Assembly (NCBI GenBank): GCA_965220765.1
Contig: OZ244847.1
Location: 640,646 to 704,645, forward strand
Source: Candidatus Latescibacterota bacterium
GTDB lineage: Bacteria > Latescibacterota > UBA2968
Direction: 5' to 3'
DNA: 64,000 nucleotides
Both the position numbers and the translations under genes were made by a program. Shown here in pieces: positions 19,095 through 31,037 of the stretch (within the stretch, counting starts at the first letter, position 1; the number at the start of each line of letters is the position of its first letter). The notes below the pieces were generated by a model. The model did not search any database, had not been told where the DNA came from, and was given only the letters and a program-made list of their open reading frames with translations.

Positions 19095-22000
19095 TCAAAC
19101 TCTTCCATGACAATGCTTGAACTTCTTGCCGCTGCCGCACGGACATGGCGCGTTTCGCCCCACCTTTTTTTCAACGCGCACCGGCTGTTTTTTTGCCGCA
19201 TCGCCTTCTGTAGAATTGGCGGTCAATTCATCGGCGCCCGGTTCGGGCATGCCAGCAAAGCCCATTCCCGTGGCATCGCGGTGTTCCAATGACAGGCGTG
19301 CAGGCTGCTGGGTGCGCGGTTGTGCGGGGGTTTCTTCAATAGAGATGCGGAATAACAATCGCAATGTTTCTCGGTTGATGTCTTCGAGCAATGCTACAAA
19401 CATCTCGTAACCTTCGCGCTTGTACTCGATCAATGGATTTTTTTGTCCATAACCGCGAAGACCAATGCCCTCTTTCAGCTCGTCCATTTCGCGGAGGTGT
19501 TCTTTCCACTTTTCATCAAAGACGCTCAGGTAAATCATGCGTTCTATCTGGCGCATACGGTCTTCCCCAATGACCCTTTCGCGTCGATCATAAGCCTCGC
19601 GAACCCCGCGCAATACACGATCTCGCAAACCCGCTTCGCGCAATTGGGGCAGATCTTCATCGGGTATGACAGGTGCTTGCAAAAACACATTGCGCAAATC
19701 GTTCATTAATCCATCGAAATTCCAGTCTTCGGGATGTGCGTCGGGCGGTATATGAATATCGAGTAGCGCATCGATGGTTTCGTCGATCATTTCGCTGATC
19801 ATCGCCGAGATATCTTCTTCTTCCAGCGCGTGTCTGCGTCTGTCGTAAATCACTTCGCGCTGTTGATTCATCACGTCGTCGTAATCCAGTACCTGTTTTC
19901 GAAATTCAAAATTGCGCGCTTCAACCCGTTTTTGCGCGGTTTCAATGGATTTTGTCACCCAGCTGTGTTCGATCACTTCGCCTTCTTCAGCGCCCAGGCG
20001 GTCCATGACACGAGCAATGCGTTCGGATCCAAATAGACGCATTAAATCGTCTTCCAGTGAGATGAAAAACCGCGAGCTTCCCGGGTCCCCTTGCCGCCCA
20101 GAGCGACCGCGCAATTGCCGGTCGATGCGCCGGGATTCGTGTCGTTCGGTGCCGATGATATTCAAGCCACACGGGACTTCATCCCTACATCCGTATTCGT
20201 CTATGTAGGGACACAGGGGCCGGGTGTTATCGGGATCTGCAATCAATGCACACTGGTGTCCTTCGGGTGCTTTTACGATGCCTGGTCCCAGTTTGATATC
20301 TGTACCGCGCCCGGCCATATTGGTCGCTATTGTCACGGCACCGGGTTGCCCGGCCTGCGCGATGATCTGCGCTTCTTGTACATTTTGTCGGGCATTGAGC
20401 ACCTGGTGTTTGATTTTTTTGCGCGCGAGCATCCGCGAAATCAACTCGGAGGTTTCAACGGAAATTGTGCCGACCAGGACTGGCAATTTTTGTTCGTGCA
20501 AATGCACGATTTCATCGAGAAGAGCATTGTATTTTTCGCGTTTTGTGCGGTAGATCCAGTCGTTAGAATCGATGCGGCGCACCGGCTCATGCGTTGGAAT
20601 CGATACCACATCGAGTTTGTAGATTTGATGAAATTCTTCGGCTTCTGTTTCAGCTGTGCCCGTCATTCCCGCCAGTCGGTCATAGAGTCTGAAATAATTT
20701 TGCAACGTAATGGTTGCCACTGTTTGCGTGTCGCGTTCGACTTTTACCTTTTCTTTTGCTTCCAATGCCTGGTGCAATCCATCGGCAAAACGGCGTCCGG
20801 GTTGTGGCCGTCCCGTAAATTCATCGACGATGACAACCTTGCCGTCGTCGATCATATATTGCACGTCTTTTTCGTATAGAGAATAGGCTTGCAACAATTT
20901 TCGCACGCTGTGGATGGATTCATTTTTTTCTCCATAGTCCTGATAGGCGGCTTCCTTTGCGTGGTCTTTGTCTGAATCGGATAGCGATTTATTCTGTTCG
21001 ATATCCCGAAGCACTTCATCGAGGTCTGGCAATACAAAATCGTCTGGATTGAGGCTGATTTCGTCGCGTCCTTTTTCTGTCAGGTCGATGATGTGGCTTT
21101 TTTCGTCGATGCTGAAATAGAGATCTTCGTCGAGTTCCCCGGTGCGTTTGTCGCGGATATAATCGGATTCAACCCGCTGCACGAGACGCTTGATGCCCTC
21201 TTCCTGAAGTCGTTTCATGAAGCGACTGTTTTTGGGCATTCCGCGCTGAACCTGCAATAACAAGATGCCGGCCTCGTATTCATCGCCGGATTCGAGTTCT
21301 TTTTCTGCTTCTTTTAAAATATTGTTTACGACTCGGGTTTGCGCTCGCACCAATTTTTCGACCAGCGGACGCATTTCTTCATACCGATGCGATGTGGATT
21401 CTGCCACTGGTCCCGAAATGATCAGCGGTGTGCGCGCCTCGTCGATCAGGATGCTATCTACCTCGTCAATAATTGCAAAATAGTGCTCGCGCTGTATCAG
21501 GTCTTCGGGACGAATCGCCATGTTATCGTAGAGGTAATCAAAACCAAACTGGTCTTTTGTACCGTACACGATATCCATAAGACAGGCGTCTTTGTGATCG
21601 CATGGGCGCATGCGATACCCATCTTTTCCCTCTTCTTCCATAATAAAACCTTCCACGCCCAACGCGCGATCCTGAATGACGCCTACGGTGAGGCCCAGGA
21701 ACAGAAACACGGGTCCCAGCCACATGGCGTCGCGCTTGGCGAGGTAGGAGTTTACGGTGACGAGATGCACGCCGCGCCCGAGCAAGCCATTCAGGTACAA
21801 AGCCAGACCCGCAGCCAGTGTTTTGCCTTCGCCCGTGGCCATTTCGGCGATTTTGCCCTGATGCAATACGGTCGCGCCGATCAATTGCACGTCGTAGGGT
21901 ATTTCATGCCACACGATTTGATCGCCAGCCCGGTCCCAGGACTTCTCCCGCTCTTTGAAGCGCCTGCACGTTTCCTTAAAGACGGCAAATGCCTCTGGGT

Positions 22001-22313
22001 GAATTTCATCGAGCACATCGCGCTCAATATCCTTGATTTCGGCCTCGATTTCTGCAATGGCTTCCAATTGTTCGGTGCGGTCTTCGTCTCGTTGCAACGC
22101 GGCCAATTCTTCTTTGAGCTGAATGAGATGTTTTTGAGCATCATCAGTCGCTTCGGCAACGCGCGTGCGAAATTCTATTGTTTTGCCTTTTAATTCCTCG
22201 TCGGACAAAGAGGCATACGCTTCGTAGAGTTGATTAATTTCATCCACAATCGGTTGCATTTTCTTTACGTCCCGATCGTGTTTGCTGCCGAAAATTTTTG
22301 TCAGGAAGTTCAT
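19095..22313 (-). CDS. secA: preprotein translocase ATPase SecA
   Basis: 1072 aa. DEAD-like motor motifs. C-terminal zinc-binding tail [14 protein letters not shown]. Confidence 0.97.
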   Translation of the reverse strand: MNFLTKIFGSKHDRDVKKMQPIVDEINQLYEAYASLSDEELKGKTIEFRTRVAEATDDAQKHLIQLKEELAALQRDEDRTEQLEAIAEIEAEIKDIERDVLDEIHPEAFAVFKETCRRFKEREKSWDRAGDQIVWHEIPYDVQLIGATVLHQGKIAEMATGEGKTLAAGLALYLNGLLGRGVHLVTVNSYLAKRDAMWLGPVFLFLGLTVGVIQDRALGVEGFIMEEEGKDGYRMRPCDHKDACLMDIVYGTKDQFGFDYLYDNMAIRPEDLIQREHYFAIIDEVDSILIDEARTPLIISGPVAESTSHRYEEMRPLVEKLVRAQTRVVNNILKEAEKELESGDEYEAGILLLQVQRGMPKNSRFMKRLQEEGIKRLVQRVESDYIRDKRTGELDEDLYFSIDEKSHIIDLTEKGRDEISLNPDDFVLPDLDEVLRDIEQNKSLSDSDKDHAKEAAYQDYGEKNESIHSVRKLLQAYSLYEKDVQYMIDDGKVVIVDEFTGRPQPGRRFADGLHQALEAKEKVKVERDTQTVATITLQNYFRLYDRLAGMTGTAETEAEEFHQIYKLDVVSIPTHEPVRRIDSNDWIYRTKREKYNALLDEIVHLHEQKLPVLVGTISVETSELISRMLARKKIKHQVLNARQNVQEAQIIAQAGQPGAVTIATNMAGRGTDIKLGPGIVKAPEGHQCALIADPDNTRPLCPYIDEYGCRDEVPCGLNIIGTERHESRRIDRQLRGRSGRQGDPGSSRFFISLEDDLMRLFGSERIARVMDRLGAEEGEVIEHSWVTKSIETAQKRVEARNFEFRKQVLDYDDVMNQQREVIYDRRRHALEEEDISAMISEMIDETIDALLDIHIPPDAHPEDWNFDGLMNDLRNVFLQAPVIPDEDLPQLREAGLRDRVLRGVREAYDRRERVIGEDRMRQIERMIYLSVFDEKWKEHLREMDELKEGIGLRGYGQKNPLIEYKREGYEMFVALLEDINRETLRLLFRISIEETPAQPRTQQPARLSLEHRDATGMGFAGMPEPGADELTANSTEGDAAKKQPVRVEKKVGRNAPCPCGSGKKFKHCHGRV

Positions 22314-22340
22314 TGTGATTATCCTGTGGATAATGAGGTG

Positions 22341-23090
22341 TCACATTCCAAGTTCGATGCGTTCGGCCAAAAAAGGCGGAAGTCCCGCCGATAGAATTTT
22401 GGCCTGCGCTGTTGCCACATCGTAAGACACGCGGCGCAATTGGAGGTTCCCTTTTTCTCGATCCCACACGACAAAAGCCGCTCGCGCATCGCCGTCTCGG
22501 GGTTGTCCTACACTGCCGACATTTACGAGATAGCGGTCATTGTCGGACAACTGCACTTCTCCTTCGCGTGTAAGTACCGTTTTTTCAGATGCCGAGCACA
22601 CAAATGCGCGGTGAGAATGTCCGACAAAACACATCTCGAAATTGGTTTGAGCGAGTATTGACCAGCCATCTTCGGGGTCGAATAAATAGTGCCACAACTC
22701 GGGTTCAATTGGCGAAGCATGGGCATAACAATAAGCAGATTCGTTTTGAAAGGGTTGGTAAGATCGCAATAGCGAGGCGTTTTCATCACTCAGCATTTGA
22801 ACAGTCCATTGTATTGCCGCCAGTGCCACAGGGTTAAAAAACCCCGGATCTTCCAGGCCCACTGCCGCCCAATCGTGATTGCCCGCCAGCACGAGGTCCG
22901 ATACTTCGCGCACGCGTTCTATACACATATTGGGGTCTGCGCCGTATCCAACCATATCGCCCAAACAAATAATTCGATCTACCTGTGCTTCTGCAATTTT
23001 TTCCAGCACTGTTTCCAAGGCTTCGAGATTTCCGTGTACATCTGAGAAAATCGCGATGCGTCCAATATTATCCATTGGGGTGTCCCGCAT
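22341..23090 (-). CDS. metallophosphoesterase (calcineurin-like phosphoesterase)
   Basis: 249 aa. IAIFSDVHGN..CLGDMVGYG..GNHD metal-ligand motifs. Confidence 0.8.
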   Translation of the reverse strand: MRDTPMDNIGRIAIFSDVHGNLEALETVLEKIAEAQVDRIICLGDMVGYGADPNMCIERVREVSDLVLAGNHDWAAVGLEDPGFFNPVALAAIQWTVQMLSDENASLLRSYQPFQNESAYCYAHASPIEPELWHYLFDPEDGWSILAQTNFEMCFVGHSHRAFVCSASEKTVLTREGEVQLSDNDRYLVNVGSVGQPRDGDARAAFVVWDREKGNLQLRRVSYDVATAQAKILSAGLPPFLAERIELGM

Positions 23091-23490
23091 TCATCTTGGA
23101 CAGGGTATCGAGAATACCGTTGATAAAGTTAGAAGCATTGGCTTCGCTAAATTGCTTGGCCAATTCTATTGCTTCGTCAATAGAGACTTTGTAGGGAATA
23201 TCTTCGAAATAGCGCATTTCGGCAAGTGCCATCCAGAGGACGATGCGATCTATACGCGACACCCGATCCAATGACCAATTTTCCAGTACGGGTTCAATAG
23301 ATGCGTCCAGTTCTTCGCGGTGCTCCCAGGCTGTTTGGGCCAGAGTTATCGCAAAATCCGAGGTTGATGCCGAAAGGCGCGCACGGATGCACATGGTCTG
23401 CGCTGTCTGTTGTACTGGGTCGCCAACGCTCGCGGTCCAATAAAGTGCTTGCAGCGCAGCCTGACGCGCTTTGCGTCTCGATTTTATCAT
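23068..23490 (-). CDS. nusB: transcription antitermination factor NusB
   Basis: 140 aa. [13 protein letters not shown] ... typical NusB fold motifs. Confidence 0.9.
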   Translation of the reverse strand: MIKSRRKARQAALQALYWTASVGDPVQQTAQTMCIRARLSASTSDFAITLAQTAWEHREELDASIEPVLENWSLDRVSRIDRIVLWMALAEMRYFEDIPYKVSIDEAIELAKQFSEANASNFINGILDTLSKMNAGHPNG

Positions 23491-23963
23491 TTTTTTGACT
23501 CCCAGGCAGCGATAACGCCAATCATTTCAATCGCGCCCAGTGCCGCTTCCCAACCCTTATTGCCGGCTTTGGTCCCTGCCCTCTCAATCGCTTGTTCAAT
23601 GGTATCGGTTGTTAAAATACCAAATATGGTGGGTACACCTGTTTCGCGACCAATAGATGCCACGCCTTTTGCGGCTTCGTTGCATACGTAGTCAAAATGC
23701 GGTGTGCTACCTCTGATTATTGCGCCCAGACAGATAAGCGCGTCATATCGACCGCTTTGCGCCATTTTTTGTGCCATCGTGGGAATTTCAAAACTTCCCG
23801 GCACCCATACCGCGTCTATGGCATCTGTATCGCCACCGTGGCGCGCAATACAATCGAGCGCGCCACCGAGCAATTCTTTGCTGATAAACGCATTGAATCG
23901 CGCCACCACAATGCCAAACTGTTTGCCTTTTGCCGATAGCTGACCTTCATAAACTTTGGGCAT
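23487..23963 (-). CDS. ribH: 6,7-dimethyl-8-ribityllumazine synthase
   Basis: 158 aa. [18 protein letters not shown]..motifs. Confidence 0.95.
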   Translation of the reverse strand: MPKVYEGQLSAKGKQFGIVVARFNAFISKELLGGALDCIARHGGDTDAIDAVWVPGSFEIPTMAQKMAQSGRYDALICLGAIIRGSTPHFDYVCNEAAKGVASIGRETGVPTIFGILTTDTIEQAIERAGTKAGNKGWEAALGAIEMIGVIAAWESKK

Positions 23964-25203
23964 CGCGATCTCCTTCTTCGCCTAATTGCAATTCGTCCTC
24001 TTTAAATAAATGTCCCATCTTTTCTTGCTTAGTCCGCATATATGTCAAGTTCCATTTGTTGACCTGAATGGCGACCGGGATGCGGTCTATAATTTCTATT
24101 CCATAAGCTTCCAGGCCCACGCGCTTTGATGGATTATTGGTGATGAGCGCGACTTTTTCGATTCCCAAATCCGACAAAATTTGCGCGCCAATGCCATAGT
24201 CTCGTTCGTCCATTTTAAATCCGAGTTTCAGGTTGGCTTCTACGGTATCATATCCCTCTTCCTGCAGTTTGTACGCGTGTAATTTTGCCCGCAGGCCAAT
24301 ACCTCGCCCTTCCTGCCGCATATACACCAGTGCCCCGCGTCCTTCTTTTTCGATCATCTCGAGTGCGGAGTGTAAGTTTTTTTCGCAATCACATCGCAAT
24401 GAGCCGAGCGTGTCTCCCGTCAGGCATTCGGAGTGCATCCGCACCATTACGGGTGCATCGCCGGAAAGATCGCCTTTTACCAGTGCGACGTGTTCGCGTT
24501 GATCTACGTCGCTTTCATACAGGTGTAATTGAAATACGCCAAATCGCGTGGGCATATCTATTTGCTCGACACAGCGCACCAGTTTTTCGGAACGGCGGCG
24601 ATAGGCAATTAGATCGTGAATTGTCGTCACTTTCAAGCCAAATTGGTCGGCAAGTTCCACAAGCTGTGGCAAACGTGCCATGGTGCCGTCTTCATTCAGT
24701 ATTTCACACAGTACACCGGCGGGATACAGGCCGGCCAAACGCGCCAGATCTACCGCTGCTTCTGTGTGTCCTGCTCGCCGCAAGACCCCGCCGGGCATTG
24801 CGCGGAGGGGGAAAATATGACCTGGGCGGCCAAAATTTTCAGGCTGCGATTTGGGATCTACAAATTGTCGAATGGTTTCCGCTCGGTCCTGTGCAGAGAT
24901 ACCGGTTGCCACGCCGTAGAGCGCGTCGATGCTCACCGTGAATGGCGTGCCGTGAAGCGCTGTGTTGGTATTGACCATCATGTCCAGGTCGAGTTCTTTG
25001 AGGCGGTCGGGGGTTGCGGGTAAACAGACCAGTCCGCGGCCATGGCGCGCCATAAAATTAATGGCTTCAGATGTTACTTTTTCCGCGGCCATGATGAAGT
25101 CGCCTTCATTTTCTCGGTCTTCGTCATCGACCACAATGACGATTTTTCCCGCTCGAATATCTTCGAGGGCTTCTTCTATTGTTGCGATTTTGCCCATATA
25201 CAC
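23947..25203 (-). CDS. ribBA: bifunctional 3,4-dihydroxy-2-butanone-4-phosphate synthase / GTP cyclohydrolase II
   Basis: 418 aa. [10 protein letters not shown] (RibB) and CxC...C GTP cyclohydrolase II zinc motif ([14 protein letters not shown]). Confidence 0.95.
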   Translation of the reverse strand: MYMGKIATIEEALEDIRAGKIVIVVDDEDRENEGDFIMAAEKVTSEAINFMARHGRGLVCLPATPDRLKELDLDMMVNTNTALHGTPFTVSIDALYGVATGISAQDRAETIRQFVDPKSQPENFGRPGHIFPLRAMPGGVLRRAGHTEAAVDLARLAGLYPAGVLCEILNEDGTMARLPQLVELADQFGLKVTTIHDLIAYRRRSEKLVRCVEQIDMPTRFGVFQLHLYESDVDQREHVALVKGDLSGDAPVMVRMHSECLTGDTLGSLRCDCEKNLHSALEMIEKEGRGALVYMRQEGRGIGLRAKLHAYKLQEEGYDTVEANLKLGFKMDERDYGIGAQILSDLGIEKVALITNNPSKRVGLEAYGIEIIDRIPVAIQVNKWNLTYMRTKQEKMGHLFKEDELQLGEEGDRDAQSL

Positions 25204-25214
25204 CTTCCTGTAAA

Positions 25215-25859
25215 CTATTGGTCGCTCATCATCTCCCGAATGCGATCTTCTGTGAGCTTATTTTTATCATTCCCAAGTTGCACCAACCGCTCCAGATAGC
25301 GCGCGATCATATCCACTTCGATATTTACCCGGTCACCCGGATATTTTTCCGACAATGTCGTCACTTTTAGCGTGTGCGGAATTGCCGCGACCGAAAAGGT
25401 GTGATCGGTTACTGAAATCACTGTCAGGCTGATTCCGTTGACGGCGACAGAGCCTTTTTCAGCAATATAGGGAGCCAGTTCAGACGGAACTTCAAACTCA
25501 AATACAATTTGATCGGGAGATTCCGTGCGGTCTGTCACGCGCCCCACGCCATCTACGTGTGCGGCAACGAGATGACCGTCGAGGCGGTCGCCGAGTTTTA
25601 ATGACCGCTCCAGGTTGACGCGGTTGCCCACGCGGCAATCACCCAATGTCGTTCTTTGCAGTGTTTCTGCTACGGATTCGATCGCAAATGTGTCGGCATC
25701 AAAATGTACGACGGTATGACACGCCCCTTCGATGGCAATGCTGTCGCCTATTTTTACGCCGTTGAGTACCTGCTTCGCTGCTATGGTCGTGCGCTGATAA
25801 CCCGCGCGCGATTCAATGTGCCGAATTGTTCCCACTTCTTCTACAATGCCGGTAAACAT
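25215..25859 (-). CDS. ribE: riboflavin synthase alpha subunit
   Basis: 214 aa. [10 protein letters not shown] start and internal lumazine-binding repeat. Confidence 0.93.
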   Translation of the reverse strand: MFTGIVEEVGTIRHIESRAGYQRTTIAAKQVLNGVKIGDSIAIEGACHTVVHFDADTFAIESVAETLQRTTLGDCRVGNRVNLERSLKLGDRLDGHLVAAHVDGVGRVTDRTESPDQIVFEFEVPSELAPYIAEKGSVAVNGISLTVISVTDHTFSVAAIPHTLKVTTLSEKYPGDRVNIEVDMIARYLERLVQLGNDKNKLTEDRIREMMSDQ

Positions 25860-26557
25860 GGTTGCTCAGATGTTTTTGGACGATTTTTTACGCGAGCAGT
25901 GAACAAGAAATCATTGCCGATGGATTCGACTTTCACGTTTTCAAGTGCTATTGCATCGGCTATCGAAGTAATGTTTAAGGATCCGATTGCGGGTATTCCC
26001 GCGCCCAGTATTTTGGGTGCGACAAATGCGGCTATTCGATCTACCAGGCCCAGGCACAATGCCGATGCAGCCACGCGACTGCCGCCTTCGATCAGGATGT
26101 GTTGCAATCCCATTTGAGCGGCTTTTTGCAAGACTGCCTTCAAATTAATTTGACCATTCAGTATTGGCAACTGCCAGATCTGCGCCTGTTTTTTTTTACG
26201 TTCTTCTATTCGTTTTTTGCACACCTCTTCAGCGGTTGCTATAATCAGAGGTGCCCCGCTAAAAATTTTGGCGTTTAATCCGATTTTTAGCTGAGAATCC
26301 AGTACGATTTTTGTCGGGCTGCATCCATCGACATACCGCACGGATAATTCCGGGTCATCAGTCATCACAGTGCCGCGTCCGACCAGAATCGCGTCGGCCT
26401 CTGCGCGAAGTTGATGCCCGCGCACCCGCGATGCTTTTGATGTGATCCATTTCGAGTCGCCCGTGCAGGTGGCGATGTTGCCGTCCAGTGTTTGCGCCAG
26501 CTTTAAGGTGACAAAAGGCAATCCGGTTGACCGATATTTGGTTTCGAATTTGTTCAT
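25841..26557 (-). CDS. ribD: 5-amino-6-(5-phosphoribosylamino)uracil reductase (RibD C-terminal reductase domain only)
   Basis: 238 aa. LKLAQTLDGNIA..ADAILVGRGT..dihydrofolate-reductase-like RibD_C motifs. No deaminase (HxE/PCxxC) domain. The gene abuts the upstream ORF, so a missing N-terminal domain is not hidden. Confidence 0.8.
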   Translation of the reverse strand: MNKFETKYRSTGLPFVTLKLAQTLDGNIATCTGDSKWITSKASRVRGHQLRAEADAILVGRGTVMTDDPELSVRYVDGCSPTKIVLDSQLKIGLNAKIFSGAPLIIATAEEVCKKRIEERKKKQAQIWQLPILNGQINLKAVLQKAAQMGLQHILIEGGSRVAASALCLGLVDRIAAFVAPKILGAGIPAIGSLNITSIADAIALENVKVESIGNDFLFTARVKNRPKTSEQPCLPAL

Positions 26558-28608
26558 TATTTTACTTCGAAAACAGTTTTTCCAACCCCCACGTTGCCCA
26601 GTGCATCTTCCGCTTTCACTACGAGTGTATAAGAGCCGGTTTTCAGATTTTGAATAGAAAAATTCAGTGTCTCTGTCGGCGAATCAAATATCTGGTCAGT
26701 GGGGAAGACGACCTTCCAATCGTCGGAGTTGAGTGAGTACGCTGCCTTATGAATTGCAGTGGCAGCGTCCTGGATTGAACCGGTTACGCTTATCTTTTTG
26801 TCGATCTGCCTTATGTCGTGCAACTGCACCGTTGGTGCCGAATTATCAATTTCAAAGGGCGGACTGACCGCCTCGGCTGTTAATTCGATGGGGTTGTCCA
26901 ATCGGTCTGATGCAACGACCTTAACTTCGACTGTGCCATCGGGAACAGCTTCGGTGTGCCAAAAATAATGTGAGGTCTTCAAATCGTCTTTTAACAGCCG
27001 CCAGTGCGATTCGCCAATACTTCTAAAATACAGGGTATAAATCAAGGCATCGTCGTTGGCATCACCGGCAGTCCAATCAATTTTCCACACGCCTTTTTCC
27101 ATAAATTCTGAATTTTCACCTTCGTTGCCAGACAGGTCGGTCTCGGCTTTAACCCTTAATATTCTGGGATGAACATTTTCCTGCAAGCCCGCGAGTTTGA
27201 TAAAACGCACCAGAGGTGTCGCATTTTCTGATTGTGTCTTCAAAACCAACCGATATTGCAAAAAGCGCCCAGGGCGACTGGTAATGGGTTTTCCCGATGT
27301 GGTGATTGGCTCTGACCACGCACTCCACGTATCATCGGGTTCTTCGCTGTTGCCGGACCGCGTTTGAACAGCGACTGATGTTTTTGCTGGTGTTTCGCTT
27401 TGCCATGATACGCGCCCCCAATGCGATACCCGATCAAAGTCGTAGGGTTCAGAAGTGAGTTGCCCTTCTCTGGCAAATTCTTTTTCTATTCGATAAATTT
27501 CACCGGATCCACTGCATCCAATCCACAGTGCATTTTTGTGCGCGGCAGCCATAACATAGGGATTTACATCTTTTAATACTGTGAGCAAAGTGGCGTTGCC
27601 ATCGGGCCAAATGCGATGTATGCGGCCGTGTTCTCCCGTGACTACTGTTACTGTTCCATTGGCATTAATTACAGAATCTAACAACATCGGATCATTCGTA
27701 TTCCACAGTCGCATTGCCAATCCCGAAGGTTGGATCGCATACAGTGTTGCGCCGGATTGATCTGATCCTTTTTGCTCTCTCCCATTTCCTTCTGTTCGAC
27801 CGCTTTGCGCCATCGCTGTTGCGTAAATTGTGCCATTGGGCATTACACTCAGCGAGTGAATCTCTTTTTCACGGGCGTCGTAAAGCACATCTGCCCCCCC
27901 CTTATCGCGCACCTGATAAATCAGACCGCTGTTGTCTGTGCCCGCATAAATTTCGCCCTGAGCACCCAACGCGAGCGATACGACATTGGGGTCCTTGCTC
28001 GCGTACAGCGCGACGACTTTGCCCTGTTTGTCAATTTTCAAAATGCGCCCGCGGTCACCACCTGTACCCGCATATAATCCACCGCTCGGACGTGCGACTA
28101 TTGCAAATACATGGCTGTCACCTGTCTGACAAAATTCCGTGGGTTCTCGTCCTGGTGCGATGCGATAAATCAGCCCGTCGGGCGATGTGCCCGCATAGAG
28201 CGCGCCATCTATACCAATGGCGAGGCTAAATATGTGAACTTCAGGGGAATCAAATAACAATTCTGCCCGATCGCTGTCGGGCTTGAGCATGTAGATTCGA
28301 CCTTCTTTGCCGGTTCCGATGTACAGGGTTTTGTTTTTATCTACAGATAGTGCCCATACAAAGTCTTCACCTGTGTCTGCTACCCGTTTATAGGATGGTG
28401 CCAATGTCACTGTGCCTTCCCGCGTGAGCGACACGCCATCGGATTCTCCTTTTAGGAAAGCCGTCTGTGAATCTTCTCGCCAAATTTTGGGCGACACTGC
28501 GTTTGCGATTGTTCCAAGGAGGACAAAAAGCAGCACATGTGTCATCCCCGATCTCAATATTCTATCTTTTTTCTTCACCCGAACCTCTCCTGCCTGAAAA
28601 AGTTGCAC
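26557..28608 (-). CDS. secreted beta-propeller repeat protein (two-component-regulator-propeller-like repeats) with C-terminal Ig-like domain
   Basis: 683 aa. Signal peptide. Repeated G.(L/I)Y.GT...G.IY blades. C-terminal beta-sandwich-like region. Confidence 0.45.
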   Translation of the reverse strand: MQLFQAGEVRVKKKDRILRSGMTHVLLFVLLGTIANAVSPKIWREDSQTAFLKGESDGVSLTREGTVTLAPSYKRVADTGEDFVWALSVDKNKTLYIGTGKEGRIYMLKPDSDRAELLFDSPEVHIFSLAIGIDGALYAGTSPDGLIYRIAPGREPTEFCQTGDSHVFAIVARPSGGLYAGTGGDRGRILKIDKQGKVVALYASKDPNVVSLALGAQGEIYAGTDNSGLIYQVRDKGGADVLYDAREKEIHSLSVMPNGTIYATAMAQSGRTEGNGREQKGSDQSGATLYAIQPSGLAMRLWNTNDPMLLDSVINANGTVTVVTGEHGRIHRIWPDGNATLLTVLKDVNPYVMAAAHKNALWIGCSGSGEIYRIEKEFAREGQLTSEPYDFDRVSHWGRVSWQSETPAKTSVAVQTRSGNSEEPDDTWSAWSEPITTSGKPITSRPGRFLQYRLVLKTQSENATPLVRFIKLAGLQENVHPRILRVKAETDLSGNEGENSEFMEKGVWKIDWTAGDANDDALIYTLYFRSIGESHWRLLKDDLKTSHYFWHTEAVPDGTVEVKVVASDRLDNPIELTAEAVSPPFEIDNSAPTVQLHDIRQIDKKISVTGSIQDAATAIHKAAYSLNSDDWKVVFPTDQIFDSPTETLNFSIQNLKTGSYTLVVKAEDALGNVGVGKTVFEVK

Positions 28609-30334
28609 TACCGTCTTTACCCACGACCAGAAGCACCGTTTGACTGCCGGTCAATACATAGTTAGTCCGTACGTGTTTTTGGCTATATACCGACTGCTGT
28701 GATTTTTGCACGACATCTGATCCACGCGCCAGCGATAGTGCTGACAGAACCGACGTGGGCAATCCAGAAATTTCGCGGCCGCCCATTGTCACGCCGGGAC
28801 GGGAAGCTACAAATCGCGCAACGAGTACATCATTGCGTCCCGATTTCTGGATCAGACCAATCAGTTCTTCCAGTGTTTTGGGTTGATAAGCGGTGCGTTT
28901 TATATCTTGTAATCGCTGTTGTTGCTCATTCACAACCTGCAATATCAAACGCCCTGGTGTTATAAACTCGGGGATTGGCAGGGCGACATCTACGATTTCT
29001 CGCTTGCCCAGCAATGGAGCCAGAGCAACAGAGACATGTACTGTATCGCCCGGTTCGTATTTCAAACGGTCCAATCTCAGCCCCTCAACACGGGCACTTT
29101 GGGCGCGTTCCTCAACGGATAATTGAAATACAGCCGAGTCAATATTGGCTTCGACAAAAGGATTCTGAATCACTTGTGCAAGGGGTTGTGTCAAGCCCAG
29201 CACCGCCAATCCAAGCCCCTGAGTACCTGCGTATTTATTTTTTAGAATCACGGGTTCGCGTTTGGGCATGTGCAATGTCAATTGCCCTGCGACAGTGGTT
29301 TCACCCGTCAATTTTTCAGCGGAGATAACGGAGGTTGCTACAGCCATCCGCACCAGCAACGGGCCCAATTCTCTGTGGCGAAATACCTCCATATTAAACG
29401 AAGCGTCGTGATTGGGAGATACGACAGAGATACGCACGGGCATCATTTCTGCTTCAGATCCTATCAAGCCAGCAATACCCGGTGCGCGGTCTTGCAAGAT
29501 CACACCGATATGTTGCGATGCAGTGCCCACCTTAAACGAAAGCATCTGGCTGGAGATTACTTCGTGAATAAATGCTGCGGTCATAGACATCGCCGTGCGA
29601 CCACCAAATAACAGGGGATGACCAAACCCCACGACTTTATTACCCACGCGATGTGTCAGTGTGCCAATACCCGTGACACTGAGATCGCCCCGAACCAATT
29701 GCACGCCCAGAGGTGCGCCCGGTTCAAATGGACCGACAGACAGGGATGGGTCTGTTCCGCCGCCGCCCTGCATGGGCAACAGGCCGTATTTTGACAGTTC
29801 TTCGCGAAATTCCGCGACTACTTGCGGGGCAAATCCCGAAAGCATCAAAGGTACAGCCACGGGTTTTAGCACACCGCCGTGTACATCAGCTATTTGTCCA
29901 TCCCAGGGCGCGGATCCATAAGTCGCGTTCGATGTGGTATCCCGCGATGCGCGTTGGAGTACCGTCATCATCTCGCCAATTGGCGTGATCCCCGCGATTG
30001 GCTCTTCTGCGAATGCACCAATACTATAGCCGACTGCGCCGACGAGTTTGCCTTCTATATATACCGGGCTGCCACTCATGCCGGCGATGACGCCAGTTTG
30101 CGCCATGGGACCGCCGGATAGACGAGCGAGAATCATATCGCTTTTTGGACCAAAGACATTGCGCAAGACACCTAATACTTCAACGCCAAATGTATCGATG
30201 CGGGTGCCTTGAAATACCGTGCGCCCCACGCCTTTCATGCCGCGCTGGATATCATCTACAGGCATGTACAATTCAGCACTGGTCGATCCGTATAGCATGC
30301 AGATCGTAAAAAATGTCAAAAATCGAGAAAGCAT
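28562..30334 (-). CDS. S55 (SpoIVB-like) family serine peptidase
   Basis: 590 aa. Signal peptide. GMSGSPVY serine-protease motif as in SpoIVB/S55 peptidases. Confidence 0.55.
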   Translation of the reverse strand: MLSRFLTFFTICMLYGSTSAELYMPVDDIQRGMKGVGRTVFQGTRIDTFGVEVLGVLRNVFGPKSDMILARLSGGPMAQTGVIAGMSGSPVYIEGKLVGAVGYSIGAFAEEPIAGITPIGEMMTVLQRASRDTTSNATYGSAPWDGQIADVHGGVLKPVAVPLMLSGFAPQVVAEFREELSKYGLLPMQGGGGTDPSLSVGPFEPGAPLGVQLVRGDLSVTGIGTLTHRVGNKVVGFGHPLLFGGRTAMSMTAAFIHEVISSQMLSFKVGTASQHIGVILQDRAPGIAGLIGSEAEMMPVRISVVSPNHDASFNMEVFRHRELGPLLVRMAVATSVISAEKLTGETTVAGQLTLHMPKREPVILKNKYAGTQGLGLAVLGLTQPLAQVIQNPFVEANIDSAVFQLSVEERAQSARVEGLRLDRLKYEPGDTVHVSVALAPLLGKREIVDVALPIPEFITPGRLILQVVNEQQQRLQDIKRTAYQPKTLEELIGLIQKSGRNDVLVARFVASRPGVTMGGREISGLPTSVLSALSLARGSDVVQKSQQSVYSQKHVRTNYVLTGSQTVLLVVGKDGSATFSGRRGSGEEKR

Positions 30335-30445
30335 GCGTTCACTTCCGTATAGAAGGGAGTGAGAGAAAATTTTTGCATCTTGATATTATACCGTTTTTTG
30401 GGGCGGTGAACAAGTTTCTTGTAAAACATATCTAATCTGTGTATA

Positions 30446-30925
30446 ATGGCAAATATGCAGATCACTTTGCTCACTGTGGGTAAGTTCAAAGACGCGTGTT
30501 ATCGAGATGCCGCACAAAATTATATCAAGCGGCTGCAACACTACGTCGCTTATGATGAGATTGAAGTGCGCGAAGAGCGCGTGGGTAAAAATGCCCGTGT
30601 GTCTGATATTATCGAGAAAGAAGGCCATCGCCTTTTAAGTGCGTTGCATCCAGATGCCACTGTGGTTGCTCTTGGGCCTTCTGGCAAATTGTGTCGTTCT
30701 GAAGCCTTGGCCAAACGTTTGAACCTTATGCGCGTACAAAGAAAAAACCGCCTCGTTTTTCTCATTGGCGGCCCTTTTGGGCTTGCATCTCGAGTTTTGT
30801 CGCGTGCAGATTGGCATCTGTCACTTTCACCTATGACTTTCCCACACGAATTGGCGCGTGTGATTTTGCTGGAGCAACTCTATCGCGCTTTCACGATTAT
30901 CAGAGGTGAAAATTACCACAAATGA
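30446..30925 (+). CDS. rlmH: 23S rRNA (pseudouridine1915-N3)-methyltransferase RlmH
   Basis: 159 aa SPOUT fold. ..VVALGPSGK..LVFLIGGPFGL.. typical RlmH motifs. Confidence 0.9.
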   Translation: MANMQITLLTVGKFKDACYRDAAQNYIKRLQHYVAYDEIEVREERVGKNARVSDIIEKEGHRLLSALHPDATVVALGPSGKLCRSEALAKRLNLMRVQRKNRLVFLIGGPFGLASRVLSRADWHLSLSPMTFPHELARVILLEQLYRAFTIIRGENYHK

Positions 30926-30950
30926 AAAAGCGATCCCATTTGGCAAACAG

Positions 30951-31037
30951 CCCGGGGGCAAACGGCTCACACAGCCTGGGAGAGATGATTCCGCGAGAAT
31001 CCGGCTACGTTGAGTCAACTCGCCCCCGGGTTTTTTT
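30951..31037 (+). terminator. rlmH terminator-like element with a long-range GC stem
   Basis: CCCGGGGG (30951-30958) pairs with CCCCCGGG (31023-31030), followed by T7. The loop is about 64 nt and has internal hairpins. Confidence 0.4.

Noticed and set aside
25841-30334. FMN riboswitch (RFN element) upstream of the riboflavin genes
   Set aside because: The rib genes are immediately preceded by overlapping protein-coding genes. The only upstream intergenic gap (30335-30445, about 110 bp) is too short and lacks RFN conserved boxes.
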